Positions 50,055-58,470 of a stretch of 64,000 nt of DNA are shown piece by piece. The DNA comes from a virus. The stretch is from the IMG/VR virus record IMGVR_UViG_3300027861_000011, positions 96,001 to 160,000 of that record, one strand, 5' to 3'. The notes under the pieces were generated by a model. It ran no database searches and had not been told where the DNA came from. It worked only from the letters and a program-made list of their open reading frames with translations. The position numbers and the translations under genes were made by a program. Position 1 is the first letter of the stretch; the number at the start of each line of letters is the position of its first letter.

Positions 50055-50534
50055 ATGATGGATAATAAGAATAAAAAAAGGGATTTTTTGAGCTATATTA
50101 AAACACCATTAAGTGAAAACAGTATTACTGTATTATACAGTGCTAATAACGTAAGATATGAGCGTTGCCAGTTATACAGTGATTATATTCAGTCGTTATT
50201 ATTTATAATATTTGATACTTATATGGGTGATGATATAATGTCAGATAAAGAAAAGGTAGAACATTTTAATTGGTGTTGGAATAAGAATATTGAGAACTTT
50301 AAAGAAGAGGGTATTATATTCAACGCTAGTGATATAGCGTTTAATTATTTTCTTGAATTTATTGTTGAGATTTTCTACAGTGTCAATGATAAAGAAAGTA
50401 AACCACACATAGCTGTAACCATTAGAGCACTTTGGTTATCATTATTTTCTTACAATAGTGTAAAGACTCGTTCTGATGTTGATAATTTCATAGAAATATA
50501 TGGAATTTTAGATAAATCACTTAAAAAAGGGTAA
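50055..50534 (+). CDS. Hypothetical protein
   Basis: 159-aa ORF with A-rich leader. Confidence 0.5.
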   Translation: MMDNKNKKRDFLSYIKTPLSENSITVLYSANNVRYERCQLYSDYIQSLLFIIFDTYMGDDIMSDKEKVEHFNWCWNKNIENFKEEGIIFNASDIAFNYFLEFIVEIFYSVNDKESKPHIAVTIRALWLSLFSYNSVKTRSDVDNFIEIYGILDKSLKKG

Positions 50535-50585
50535 TAAAAGGTGTTTACACTTGATTTATATTTTTTTACCCTTATACTTAACCCC

Positions 50586-50810
50586 ATGAGAATTATTAGT
50601 ATAATAATAACAGATTTAGCTAAAGATAAATTAATAGCTGAAGAAAAATTACAAAGACTTATTAATGATAAGGGTGATTTAGAAACGAACATTGTTCACA
50701 TCAAAGACCAATTACGTGAAGTAGTAAATCTTGATAGAATGATTATTAAATGGAAAGATTACACTAACATGGATGAACTTAGTAATAATAACGATAACGA
50801 AGACAAATAA
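50586..50810 (+). CDS. Small coiled-coil protein
   Basis: ATG at 50586 after TATACT box, preferred over GTG 50541. Confidence 0.45.
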   Translation: MRIISIIITDLAKDKLIAEEKLQRLINDKGDLETNIVHIKDQLREVVNLDRMIIKWKDYTNMDELSNNNDNEDK

Positions 50811-50820
50811 ATTTTAAAAG

Positions 50821-50994
50821 ATGGAAATGTATGAAAATTTAAAAGCTTTAGTAGAAAGTATGGAAGGTGATGTTACCAAGTTTTACGAAAACGGTAATAA
50901 AGCTGCTGGAACTAGAGTAAGACAATTATGTCAAGAAGGAAAAAAAGTACTTCAAGATATTAGAGTTGATATTTCGAGCAAGAAAAAAGCTTAA
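50821..50994 (+). CDS. Histone H1-like (Hc1-family) small basic protein, 57 aa, absent from the ORF track
   Basis: Manual translation MEMYENLKALVESMEGDVTKFYENGNKAAGTRVRQLCQEGKKVLQDIRVDISSKKKA; GNKAAGTR.R is the Hc1-like signature. Confidence 0.8.
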   Translation: MEMYENLKALVESMEGDVTKFYENGNKAAGTRVRQLCQEGKKVLQDIRVDISSKKKA

Positions 50995-51023
50995 TAATAA
51001 CAATAATAACAATAATAAAAATT

Positions 51024-51236
51024 ATGTATATGGACGTACTCAATAAGATATTACTAATTGTGTTATTCATGTCTTCACTCAATGTAGTTAGACATGGATA
51101 TTATTTTATTCAAGCTTGGTTTTCATCAAGTGACGATAATCCACAAAAGTATAGAATTAATAATTCTTCTTTATGGATTTTGAGTATGTCTCTTGCATAT
51201 ATTTTAACATCGATATTTAATGGTGTTTATTTATAA
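51024..51236 (+). CDS. Small membrane protein
   Basis: Two hydrophobic segments. Confidence 0.5.
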   Translation: MYMDVLNKILLIVLFMSSLNVVRHGYYFIQAWFSSSDDNPQKYRINNSSLWILSMSLAYILTSIFNGVYL

Positions 51237-51247
51237 ATAAAAGACAT

Positions 51248-51904
51248 ATGTCAAATATACAAGAAAAATTAGACTCACTACAACCTCATGTTGTTGGTAT
51301 TAGATATATTCAAAAAATACAGATAGTAGATGCTGTATTTAAAGAAGGATGGACAGTACCAAACTCAGATGTAATTAAAAAAGAGTTCGTAGATGAAGCA
51401 CAAAATTATTACATGTTCTATACAGAAAAAGAAGGTGTAACAATTGATGACCTTTTGGACTATGTTGAAGGTATTATCAATATCAATATAGAAAGAGAGA
51501 AAAAACACACCCTACTTAAACTTAAGGTTAAAGAATTACAAAAAATATTTAAAGATAGTACCCTTTCTAAATTAGAAAGACTTAAGTTCTCATTTGGGGA
51601 AGATGATATAGTACCATCCCTCATGGATATGGATATTGATTTAGAAGAAGACTTTTCGGTAGTTACTGAAGAACCAGTAATCGAAGAACCAGTATCTGAA
51701 AGTAAATCAAGGTCAGGTAAAAATAAAAAAAAGGTGGGTAAAGCTAATACCGCTAATATAAAAGGTCAAACTATAGAGCTACCACCAAAGGATGAAAAGA
51801 TAGTGGTAGAGGAATATGACGCACCAACTAATATTATATGTAACTGCGAAGGTCCAGACCAAGTATGTCCAGTCTGTCAAGAAGAAAAAATAGGAGCGTA
51901 CTAA
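51248..51904 (+). CDS. Hypothetical protein with C-terminal Cys cluster
   Basis: CNC......CPVC terminus. Confidence 0.55.
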   Translation: MSNIQEKLDSLQPHVVGIRYIQKIQIVDAVFKEGWTVPNSDVIKKEFVDEAQNYYMFYTEKEGVTIDDLLDYVEGIININIEREKKHTLLKLKVKELQKIFKDSTLSKLERLKFSFGEDDIVPSLMDMDIDLEEDFSVVTEEPVIEEPVSESKSRSGKNKKKVGKANTANIKGQTIELPPKDEKIVVEEYDAPTNIICNCEGPDQVCPVCQEEKIGAY

Positions 51905-51936
51905 TAGGTTTTCAGTACATACTCAAATAATAAATG

Positions 51937-51962
51937 AAAAGACTCTTAATTGGGTCTTTTTT
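51937..51962 (+). terminator. Intrinsic terminator
   Basis: aaaagactc-ttaattg-ggtctttttt. Confidence 0.7.
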
Positions 51963-51973
51963 GTTTTTAAGTA

Positions 51974-51986
51974 TATTTATAATAAA
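51974..51986 (+). promoter_or_regulatory. Putative late-promoter motif TATTTATAATAAA
   Basis: Exact 13-mer 23 nt before ATG 51997. Confidence 0.7.
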
Positions 51987-51996
51987 GGAATTTACC

Positions 51997-52530
51997 ATGA
52001 AAAAGAATAGAATACTTACGGAGTCTGAAAAGAAAGAAATATTAAATAACAAGGAACAATTAATTATTGAGAGTTTCAGAGAAGAGTTTAATAAGATTAA
52101 AAGAACTAATGAATCTAATTTAAATGAAACTCCATGGAATGGTAATCCAGAAAGTAATTGGGTTCCATTTGATGATAAAGTAGAAGTAGAGCTTTACGGA
52201 CTTAAAGACGTTACAATCACCCTACCTTTTAATGGAGAGTATTCTATTGATGGTGAAACAAGTGGTAACGGAAGTTTTAGTTTATCGGCTGAAGATTTAG
52301 CTAATATTTTTCCAGAAGGGTATGAAGAAATTAAAGCGTTTGGAATTGAAATAGCTGACGCAATGAAAGCTAAAGCAGTTAACTCACATGAAATAAGCCG
52401 ACCACATACGGTAACAATTAACGCTAATAAATTAAGAAATTTACCACACTATAATGATGTCGAAGGGTATATGAGTCATTATTTTGATAATGGATTAGAG
52501 CACGGTAATATTACATACGACAGAGATTAA
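51997..52530 (+). CDS. Putative head-internal protein
   Basis: True start likely 51997 (MKKNRILTESE); the track start runs through terminator and promoter; LTE, IIE, LNE motifs. Confidence 0.5.
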   Translation: MKKNRILTESEKKEILNNKEQLIIESFREEFNKIKRTNESNLNETPWNGNPESNWVPFDDKVEVELYGLKDVTITLPFNGEYSIDGETSGNGSFSLSAEDLANIFPEGYEEIKAFGIEIADAMKAKAVNSHEISRPHTVTINANKLRNLPHYNDVEGYMSHYFDNGLEHGNITYDRD

Positions 52531-52531
52531 G

Positions 52532-53092
52532 GTGAGAAGATTTGATAAGAAAAATAACATAAGTAAGGTTAATCTATTAGCCGAACAAAGATATCTTAAA
52601 TCGAAGAGTGAGTCTAACTCTAATCAAGAGATATACGATGCTCTATCAGACAACCCAAATAACTATAAGGTTGTTATGAGTAATAATTCAGAAGTTAATT
52701 TTACCCCGATATCAACGCAAAAACCAGGTATGAAACCAAAGGGTCTTTGGTATGGTATCAATACATCATGGATTGATTGGGTTAGAAGTGAAATGCCATC
52801 ATGGGAAAGTGAGTTTATTCATATTATAACTCTAGATTCATCCAATATGTTACAAATTAACAATATTGAAGAGTTAAGCGAATTCACTTCAATATATACT
52901 TATGAGGATAGTGAATATATTAACTGGCAAGAAGTAGCTAATAAATATAACGGTATTGAAATTAGTCCTTATATTTGGGAAGCTAGAATGAAATTTATGT
53001 GGTATTATGGGTGGGATATAGCATCTGGATGTATATGGGGTAACGGAACCATTGTAGGTTCGAAATTAATCACTACCGCAGAAGGATTATAA
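52532..53092 (+). CDS. Hypothetical Trp-rich protein, possibly enzymatic
   Basis: KPKGLWYG..SWIDW, NW..VA..Y.GIEI.PY, WYYGWD.ASGCIW motifs. Confidence 0.5.
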   Translation: MRRFDKKNNISKVNLLAEQRYLKSKSESNSNQEIYDALSDNPNNYKVVMSNNSEVNFTPISTQKPGMKPKGLWYGINTSWIDWVRSEMPSWESEFIHIITLDSSNMLQINNIEELSEFTSIYTYEDSEYINWQEVANKYNGIEISPYIWEARMKFMWYYGWDIASGCIWGNGTIVGSKLITTAEGL

Positions 53093-53431
53093 TTACCCTT
53101 CTAGTTTTTCTTGTATTGTGTGGATAAACCATACACCACCAGAAGCCAAACAACCATCAAAGAAAGTACCTAAAATTTCTTTAGGGAATGTAAACCCTTT
53201 TATTACTATATCTTGTATCCCAGTAGATAATGCTGGTGAAAACATAAGAAGTGAAAGTATTACTCCCCACCAAAACGGTAAACACATCATACACCCAAAT
53301 AACTTCCCAGAGAACCCAGGATTTGTCGAACCAACCTTAAAGAAGGTTCTCCACTTCGAAAAAATAGTACTAAACACCATTATATTACTAGCTCCATAAG
53401 CCACTAACATGAAAATAAATAAATTTGTCAT
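53093..53431 (-). CDS. Membrane protein, DUF1360-like
   Basis: KLFGCMMCLPFWWG motif between hydrophobic segments; ATG 53431 follows a minus-strand TAnnTTTG promoter. Confidence 0.6.
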   Translation of the reverse strand: MTNLFIFMLVAYGASNIMVFSTIFSKWRTFFKVGSTNPGFSGKLFGCMMCLPFWWGVILSLLMFSPALSTGIQDIVIKGFTFPKEILGTFFDGCLASGGVWFIHTIQEKLEG

Positions 53432-53447
53432 AATCTTTAATTTTATA

Positions 53448-53478
53448 CAAATATACGTATTATTAATCAATAAGTCAA
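53448..53478 (-). promoter_or_regulatory. Bacteroidetes-type promoter TTGAC-N18-TATATTTG (minus strand)
   Basis: Reverse complement of caaatata (53448-55) and gtcaa (53474-78). Confidence 0.7.
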
Positions 53479-53490
53479 TATTTATATTAT

Positions 53491-53651
53491 ATGAGAGTAT
53501 TACTAATAAATAATATTAACAAACAGTCTTTACAAAGTCCGAATTTTTATCTACATTAGATGAAGAAAATCTAGATTATAGATGGTGTGATAAGAATTAC
53601 CTTCCATTACCATTATATCCAGAGCTAATCAATAATATTAATAAGATATGA
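53491..53651 (+). pseudogene. Frameshifted, internally deleted gene remnant, possibly NUDIX-like
   Basis: ATG 53491 frame stops early; second frame 53523-53651 reads EFLSTLDEENLDYRWCDKNYLPLPLYPEL and ends in an ATGA overlap with the next gene. Confidence 0.35.
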
Positions 53652-53957
53652 GTGATAAATCAAAAATAATACCACTAGAAGAAGTTCTAGTTAGATTTGA
53701 AGACCATAAGAAGGGTTTTAAGCAAGAATTAGAGCGAGAAGAAGGTACTGAAAGAATAGAATCGTTAGATGCCATACAAAACGATATAAAGAGTGTTAGA
53801 CAAAACACCGAACTAAAAAAAAAAGAAATACATTTATGAATTAAAAAATGGATTAGGTGAAAAAGTTAAGAATAACCCAACAACAATAAAGAAGATTAAT
53901 AATAAATGGTATCAAAGATTTGGGTTAGTGATAAAAAGAATATTTACAAAGTTTTAA
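53648..53957 (+). CDS. Hypothetical protein split by a frameshift in the A10 tract (53815-53824)
   Basis: Removing one A joins 53648-53824 to a frame open to TAA 53955-57. Confidence 0.5.
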
Positions 53958-53960
53958 TAT

Positions 53961-54185
53961 ATGAAATACGAAGATTTAATAGCGACAGTTTCTGAAATTG
54001 TGGAAAACGATAACATTTACAAACCAGGTTTAGTGTTGTTATATGAACTGGATGAAAAAAGACATATAGAAATGGATGAACATTTATTCTACAAAGCTAA
54101 TCCAGAAGACACTGAATTTGTACATAAAGATGTGGTTGAAGTAGAGATTGGTGGTGTAATTGTAAGATTTGTTAAAAAAGATTAG
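53961..54185 (+). CDS. Hypothetical protein
   Basis: 74-aa ORF. Confidence 0.5.
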   Translation: MKYEDLIATVSEIVENDNIYKPGLVLLYELDEKRHIEMDEHLFYKANPEDTEFVHKDVVEVEIGGVIVRFVKKD

Positions 54186-54205
54186 GTTAATTGAAATATT
54201 ATTCT

Positions 54206-54213
54206 TATCTTTG
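54206..54213 (+). promoter_or_regulatory. Bacteroidetes -7 element TATCTTTG
   Basis: TAnnTTTG 30 nt before ATG 54236. Confidence 0.6.
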
Positions 54214-54235
54214 TAATGAATTAAAAAAAAACGTT

Positions 54236-54724
54236 ATGAAAATTTTATTATTATTATTAGTTATTGTGTTAAGTTTCGCTGCTTGTAATAAGCAAGAGCC
54301 ATTAGTTCCAATGGAACAAGTTCCAGACGCACAATACCAAGACTCAATTACTAATCCATATATTAATGGTGGCACACTACCAACTGGTACTAGTAATGGA
54401 GATAATCAATTAGTAGGTACATCATGGGTATTAACTAAGATGGTATCTTCATTCGCAACAGAATACCCTAACGATACAATTAACTTTGTTAGTAATACGG
54501 AATACACACTTAATGGTGGGGCAGTTAGACCTTACCAGTTAAATAGTCTTCCATCATCAACCAATTATGATTTATCACTTTACTACTTCATGTCATTCGG
54601 TGGGAGTCACTACTCAGCAAATGTCGGTTTCTACTTTGTAGATGATGCAGAGATTAACAATGTAGAGTTTACTGATATACAAAGTACAAGTACAACAATT
54701 AGAGCTTGGTTCACAAAATTATAA
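54236..54724 (+). CDS. Lipoprotein with lipocalin/META-like beta domain
   Basis: MKILLLLLVIVLSFAAC lipoprotein signal; LVGTSWVL motif. Confidence 0.65.
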   Translation: MKILLLLLVIVLSFAACNKQEPLVPMEQVPDAQYQDSITNPYINGGTLPTGTSNGDNQLVGTSWVLTKMVSSFATEYPNDTINFVSNTEYTLNGGAVRPYQLNSLPSSTNYDLSLYYFMSFGGSHYSANVGFYFVDDAEINNVEFTDIQSTSTTIRAWFTKL

Positions 54725-54725
54725 T

Positions 54726-54905
54726 ATGAAAAAGATATTATTTTTAATTTTATTAGGTAGTTTAATAACATGTGGTAAAAGTATAGATAGTCCAGGGTAT
54801 CAGCATTTTGATGACACGAAAGAGTCTCCATATATTAAATCTTATGATGTTGAGCGTGATACACACGTAATATGTATAGATATGTCAGAAGATACCAATT
54901 CATAA
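54726..54905 (+). CDS. Small putative lipoprotein, 59 aa, absent from the ORF track
   Basis: Manual translation begins MKKILFLILLGSLITCGKSIDSPG. Confidence 0.55.
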   Translation: MKKILFLILLGSLITCGKSIDSPGYQHFDDTKESPYIKSYDVERDTHVICIDMSEDTNS

Positions 54906-54943
54906 AGAAGATAATTAAATAAAATATTAAAAAAATAAAATAT

Positions 54944-55132
54944 ATGAAAAGTGAAGATAAAGGACAACTATATGATGATTACATAAGACAAGGTGATGTA
55001 CTACAAAGAGAAATTTCTAAAATTAAATCAGAATACCCAGTAAATATCCCAGAAGATAAACAAAAGATTATTAATGTTAATCAGAATAAAATCAACATAT
55101 TAGAATCAAAGTTAATGAATTTATTTAAATAA
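54944..55132 (+). CDS. Small coiled-coil hypothetical protein
   Basis: 62-aa ORF. Confidence 0.45.
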   Translation: MKSEDKGQLYDDYIRQGDVLQREISKIKSEYPVNIPEDKQKIINVNQNKINILESKLMNLFK

Positions 55133-55155
55133 CTTTAAAAAAGTTATAAAAGTAC

Positions 55156-55186
55156 TTGACATGTAATTTGTTTTATGGTATATTTG
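55156..55186 (+). promoter_or_regulatory. Promoter TTGACA-N17-TATATTTG
   Basis: Fits both sigma70 -35/-10 and Bacteroidetes -33/-7; upstream of 55229. Confidence 0.75.
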
Positions 55187-55228
55187 TGCTAACTTTAAGA
55201 AAAATTTTAATAACTAAATTTTAACACT

Positions 55229-56677
55229 ATGAATAAATTAATCGATACCCTAAGAACTAAAGATACCACTACAACCAATGGTATGACAACTAATTCAACA
55301 ACACTTAATAGCTGCGTGGATTTATTTTTCCAAATTGGAGCTTTAAGAGGTCAAGATAAACAAAAGAAAATTAACGCCTTTTCGAAAGCATTTGCTGAAG
55401 ATTCATTGACAGCAATGAGGATACTTTTCTGGGTTAGAGATATTAGAGGCGGTGCTGGTGAAAGGGGTACATTCAGAGATATAATTACTTACCTTGCTAA
55501 TTCTAGAACAGAGACTCTTAGAAAGAGCCTTCCACTTATATCAGAGTATGGTAGATGGGATGATTTACTTGTTTTAATTGATACTAAACTTGAGAAGGAC
55601 GCACTCACTGAAATAGCTTCTGCTCTTGAGAATGGTAATTCATTAGCGGCTAAATGGATGCCAAGGGGTAATGGTAAGAATAGAGAAAAGAAAAGATGGG
55701 CTAACGCCTTAAGAAAACACTTAGGTCTTACACCTAAGACTTATAGAAAAATGCTTTCTGAATTATCTAACACTGTTGAGCAATTGATGTGCGCTAAGAA
55801 GTTCGATACAATTACATATTCACACGTACCATCAAAAGCTATGTCTGATTATATGAGAGCATTCTCTAAGAATGATGGTGAGAGATTCCAAACTTATATT
55901 GAATCCTTATCCAAGGGTGAAACTAAGATTAATACTGGTGCAATATATCCGTATGATGTTACTAAGAATCTTAGACTTGGACATGCAGCTGGTGCTATTG
56001 AACAATGGAAATCTTTACCTAATTATATGAAAGATAGTAAGGAAAGAGTTCTACCAGTGGTAGATGTTTCTGGCTCTATGGAATGTCCAGCTGGTAATAA
56101 TGATAATATTAGCTGCATGGATGTTGCTATATCATTAGGTCTTTATATTTCAGAAAGAAATGAAGGACCATTTAAAGATGCGTTCTTTACGTTTCATAGT
56201 TCGCCAGAACTAGAATATTTAAGAGGAAACCTACAAGAGAGGGAGAATCAATTAAGTAAAGCTAAGTGGGGTGGTAATACTAATTTAGAAGCGACATTCA
56301 AAGTCCTTTTAGATAAGGCTAAGGGTGGTGGTGTCTTGAAAGAAGAAATGCCAACAATGATTCTAATCCTTTCGGATATGCAATTTAATCAAGCAACTAG
56401 TGATGGTTGGACCAATTCAGATTGGAACCCAACGGCACATGATATGATTAAGCAAATGTATATTAATGCTGGGTATGAAATACCAAAGGTTGTGTATTGG
56501 AATATACATGCGTCTAGTAGGAATAACCCCATTACGTTTAACGAAACCAAGACATGTTTAGTCAGTGGGTTCTCACCTTCACTATTAACTAGCTTATTAA
56601 GTGGTAGTGAAATGACCCCACTTAGTATGATGATGAATATTATAAATAGTGAAAGATATACGCCAGTAATGGTGTAA
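55229..56677 (+). CDS. TROVE-like/vWA domain protein (DUF2828-like, Ro60-related architecture)
   Basis: RDIRGGAGER, YGRWDDL, AAKWMPR N-region; MIDAS VVDVSGSM, GGNTN, LSDMQF. Confidence 0.8.
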   Translation: MNKLIDTLRTKDTTTTNGMTTNSTTLNSCVDLFFQIGALRGQDKQKKINAFSKAFAEDSLTAMRILFWVRDIRGGAGERGTFRDIITYLANSRTETLRKSLPLISEYGRWDDLLVLIDTKLEKDALTEIASALENGNSLAAKWMPRGNGKNREKKRWANALRKHLGLTPKTYRKMLSELSNTVEQLMCAKKFDTITYSHVPSKAMSDYMRAFSKNDGERFQTYIESLSKGETKINTGAIYPYDVTKNLRLGHAAGAIEQWKSLPNYMKDSKERVLPVVDVSGSMECPAGNNDNISCMDVAISLGLYISERNEGPFKDAFFTFHSSPELEYLRGNLQERENQLSKAKWGGNTNLEATFKVLLDKAKGGGVLKEEMPTMILILSDMQFNQATSDGWTNSDWNPTAHDMIKQMYINAGYEIPKVVYWNIHASSRNNPITFNETKTCLVSGFSPSLLTSLLSGSEMTPLSMMMNIINSERYTPVMV

Positions 56678-56685
56678 CAATATAA

Positions 56686-56814
56686 AGAATGTATACTGCA
56701 AATTTAACTAAAAAAGAAAAATCAAATATGGTTAAGTTGGGGATATTCAACCCCTATTAAAAAATCGGATAAACTTCTAACTGGGTTTTATAGAAGCAAA
56801 CGCCCCCACATTCT
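56686..56814 (+). ncRNA. Candidate ~130-nt structured RNA downstream of the TROVE-like gene
   Basis: Closing stem AGAAUGU/ACAUUCU with three internal hairpins, between stop codon and terminator. Confidence 0.5.
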
Positions 56815-56822
56815 GAAAAATT

Positions 56823-56861
56823 AAAAGGTTTATGTATTTTATTTTGCATAAACCTTTTTTT
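56823..56861 (+). terminator. Intrinsic terminator
   Basis: aaaaggtttatgta...tgcataaacctttt plus T tract. Confidence 0.8.
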
Positions 56862-56932
56862 ATGCTTTACACTTTCATTTATTTTCATTAGATTTAGGAT
56901 ATATAAAATAATAGATGTTTTAAACAAGAAAT

Positions 56933-57163
56933 ATGAAGATAGTTTCAAAAGAAATTAAAAGAGATGGTTCACAATCAATAATATATCTGATTGATGAAAA
57001 TGGTAACCCACTTAAGGGTGAGATTGTATCAGAAGGAGAAAAGTCAGAGTTAATTAATAATTTACTTAGTGAACACTTCACACCAGAAGACTGGGTGAAT
57101 AATAAAAATAATCTACTAAATAATGTAGAGGAAATAACATATGAAGAATATATAAATCAATAA
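56933..57163 (+). CDS. Hypothetical protein
   Basis: 76-aa ORF. Confidence 0.45.
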   Translation: MKIVSKEIKRDGSQSIIYLIDENGNPLKGEIVSEGEKSELINNLLSEHFTPEDWVNNKNNLLNNVEEITYEEYINQ

Positions 57164-57166
57164 ATT

Positions 57167-57523
57167 ATGAAAAAAGAAATAAATGAAGGACATCCTTTAC
57201 TCATTGTATTTTATCTCGACAGAGAAATGATGAGTAACCCAGATATAATACAACCATTCGCTGAATCAGTTAATCAAGCAATAACACAAAGAGAAGCTAA
57301 TGCAATGGCATTCTTCATACCGACAGATGGTGAAGAAAGAATCGAATGTATTAACCCAATTCAAGTTGAAGAAACTGAAATGGAAAGAATAAATGGAATT
57401 ATTGGGGATATTGTTAAGAATTTTGATATAGGTCAAGGTGCTGATAAAGGAAAGAACAATCCTGATTCTGAAATTGACATAGATACTCCAAGCGAAGAAG
57501 CTGACGTAGTTAAAGAAGATTAA
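57167..57523 (+). CDS. Hypothetical protein
   Basis: 118-aa ORF. Confidence 0.5.
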   Translation: MKKEINEGHPLLIVFYLDREMMSNPDIIQPFAESVNQAITQREANAMAFFIPTDGEERIECINPIQVEETEMERINGIIGDIVKNFDIGQGADKGKNNPDSEIDIDTPSEEADVVKED

Positions 57524-57527
57524 TAAA

Positions 57528-57638
57528 ATGGGAAATGACAACAGAGAACATCAATTACTAGCACTCTTATATCGGGTAGAAGAACTTCTACTCGAATTAA
57601 GGGTGGGCGGTAAAGACTCTAAGGATTATAAGAACTTA
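57528..57638 (+). CDS. Possible 36-aa peptide
   Basis: MGNDNREHQLLALLYRVEELLLELRVGGKDSKDYRT, starts 4 nt after the previous stop. Confidence 0.3.
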
Positions 57639-57696
57639 ATTATTATAATTAATAATCTTGAGAATCATATTCAAAATAATCAAGATATATTATAAT

Positions 57697-57963
57697 ATGG
57701 GTAAGTTATTAGGGGATGTTTGGTTTGTTTACATTGTTAAATGTTCAGATGATTCACTATATACTGGGATAGCTAAGAACGTAGATAAACGAATTGAGAA
57801 ACATAATAATGGTACTGGGTCAAAGTACTGCCATAGTAGGGGACCCGTGGTCTTAGAATGCTTTAAAATAGTATTCAGTAGGTCTGAAGCGTTGAGGTTA
57901 GAACTTAAGGTTAAAAAGAAGAGTAAAAATAAAAAGGTAGAATTTTTAATGAATTACAGTTAA
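57697..57963 (+). CDS. Small GIY-YIG nuclease (UPF0213/YhbQ-like)
   Basis: WFVYIVKCSDDSLYTGI...R+..HN.G.GSKY...R.P..L. Confidence 0.85.
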   Translation: MGKLLGDVWFVYIVKCSDDSLYTGIAKNVDKRIEKHNNGTGSKYCHSRGPVVLECFKIVFSRSEALRLELKVKKKSKNKKVEFLMNYS

Positions 57964-58092
57964 AATAAAAAAAATTATAAGAAAAATAGTTTTTAGCGGA
58001 ATACCTACATATTTATATAAGCTTAGGTAGTATAACTATTTAATAGTTTTTTTTATTAGTATAATCATTGAAAAGTTTTTTTTATAAATCTT

Positions 58093-58470
58093 ATGATTAT
58101 GATTTTTTATATAAAAAACGAAGTAACACCAGAAGTTAATTTTGATAAACATTCCAGAACACTTAATATTACAGGTATCTCATACCCAGAATACCCAAGA
58201 ATATTTTTCGATAAATTATTAATATTAATACATGATTTACAAAAAATTAATAATGAACACTTTGATTTCAAGATACAACTAGATTATCTCAACGCATCTT
58301 CAGTAAAAACATTATATAATATATTTAAGGAAATAATTCTTAAAAGTAAAATTATTTGGTTACATGACGAAGAAGATGAATATATAAAAGAGCTTGGGTT
58401 GATATTTCAAACGTTATTAGGTGAAAATTTTAAAGTAGAATTGTTTGTTAGGGGTGAGTCGAAGTCCTAG
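58093..58470 (+). CDS. SiaC/DUF1987-family regulatory protein with Thr-to-Ala at the phosphosite
   Basis: TPEVNFD..L.+.G.SYPE, YLNASS, W..DEEDE motifs. Confidence 0.75.
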   Translation: MIMIFYIKNEVTPEVNFDKHSRTLNITGISYPEYPRIFFDKLLILIHDLQKINNEHFDFKIQLDYLNASSVKTLYNIFKEIILKSKIIWLHDEEDEYIKELGLIFQTLLGENFKVELFVRGESKS

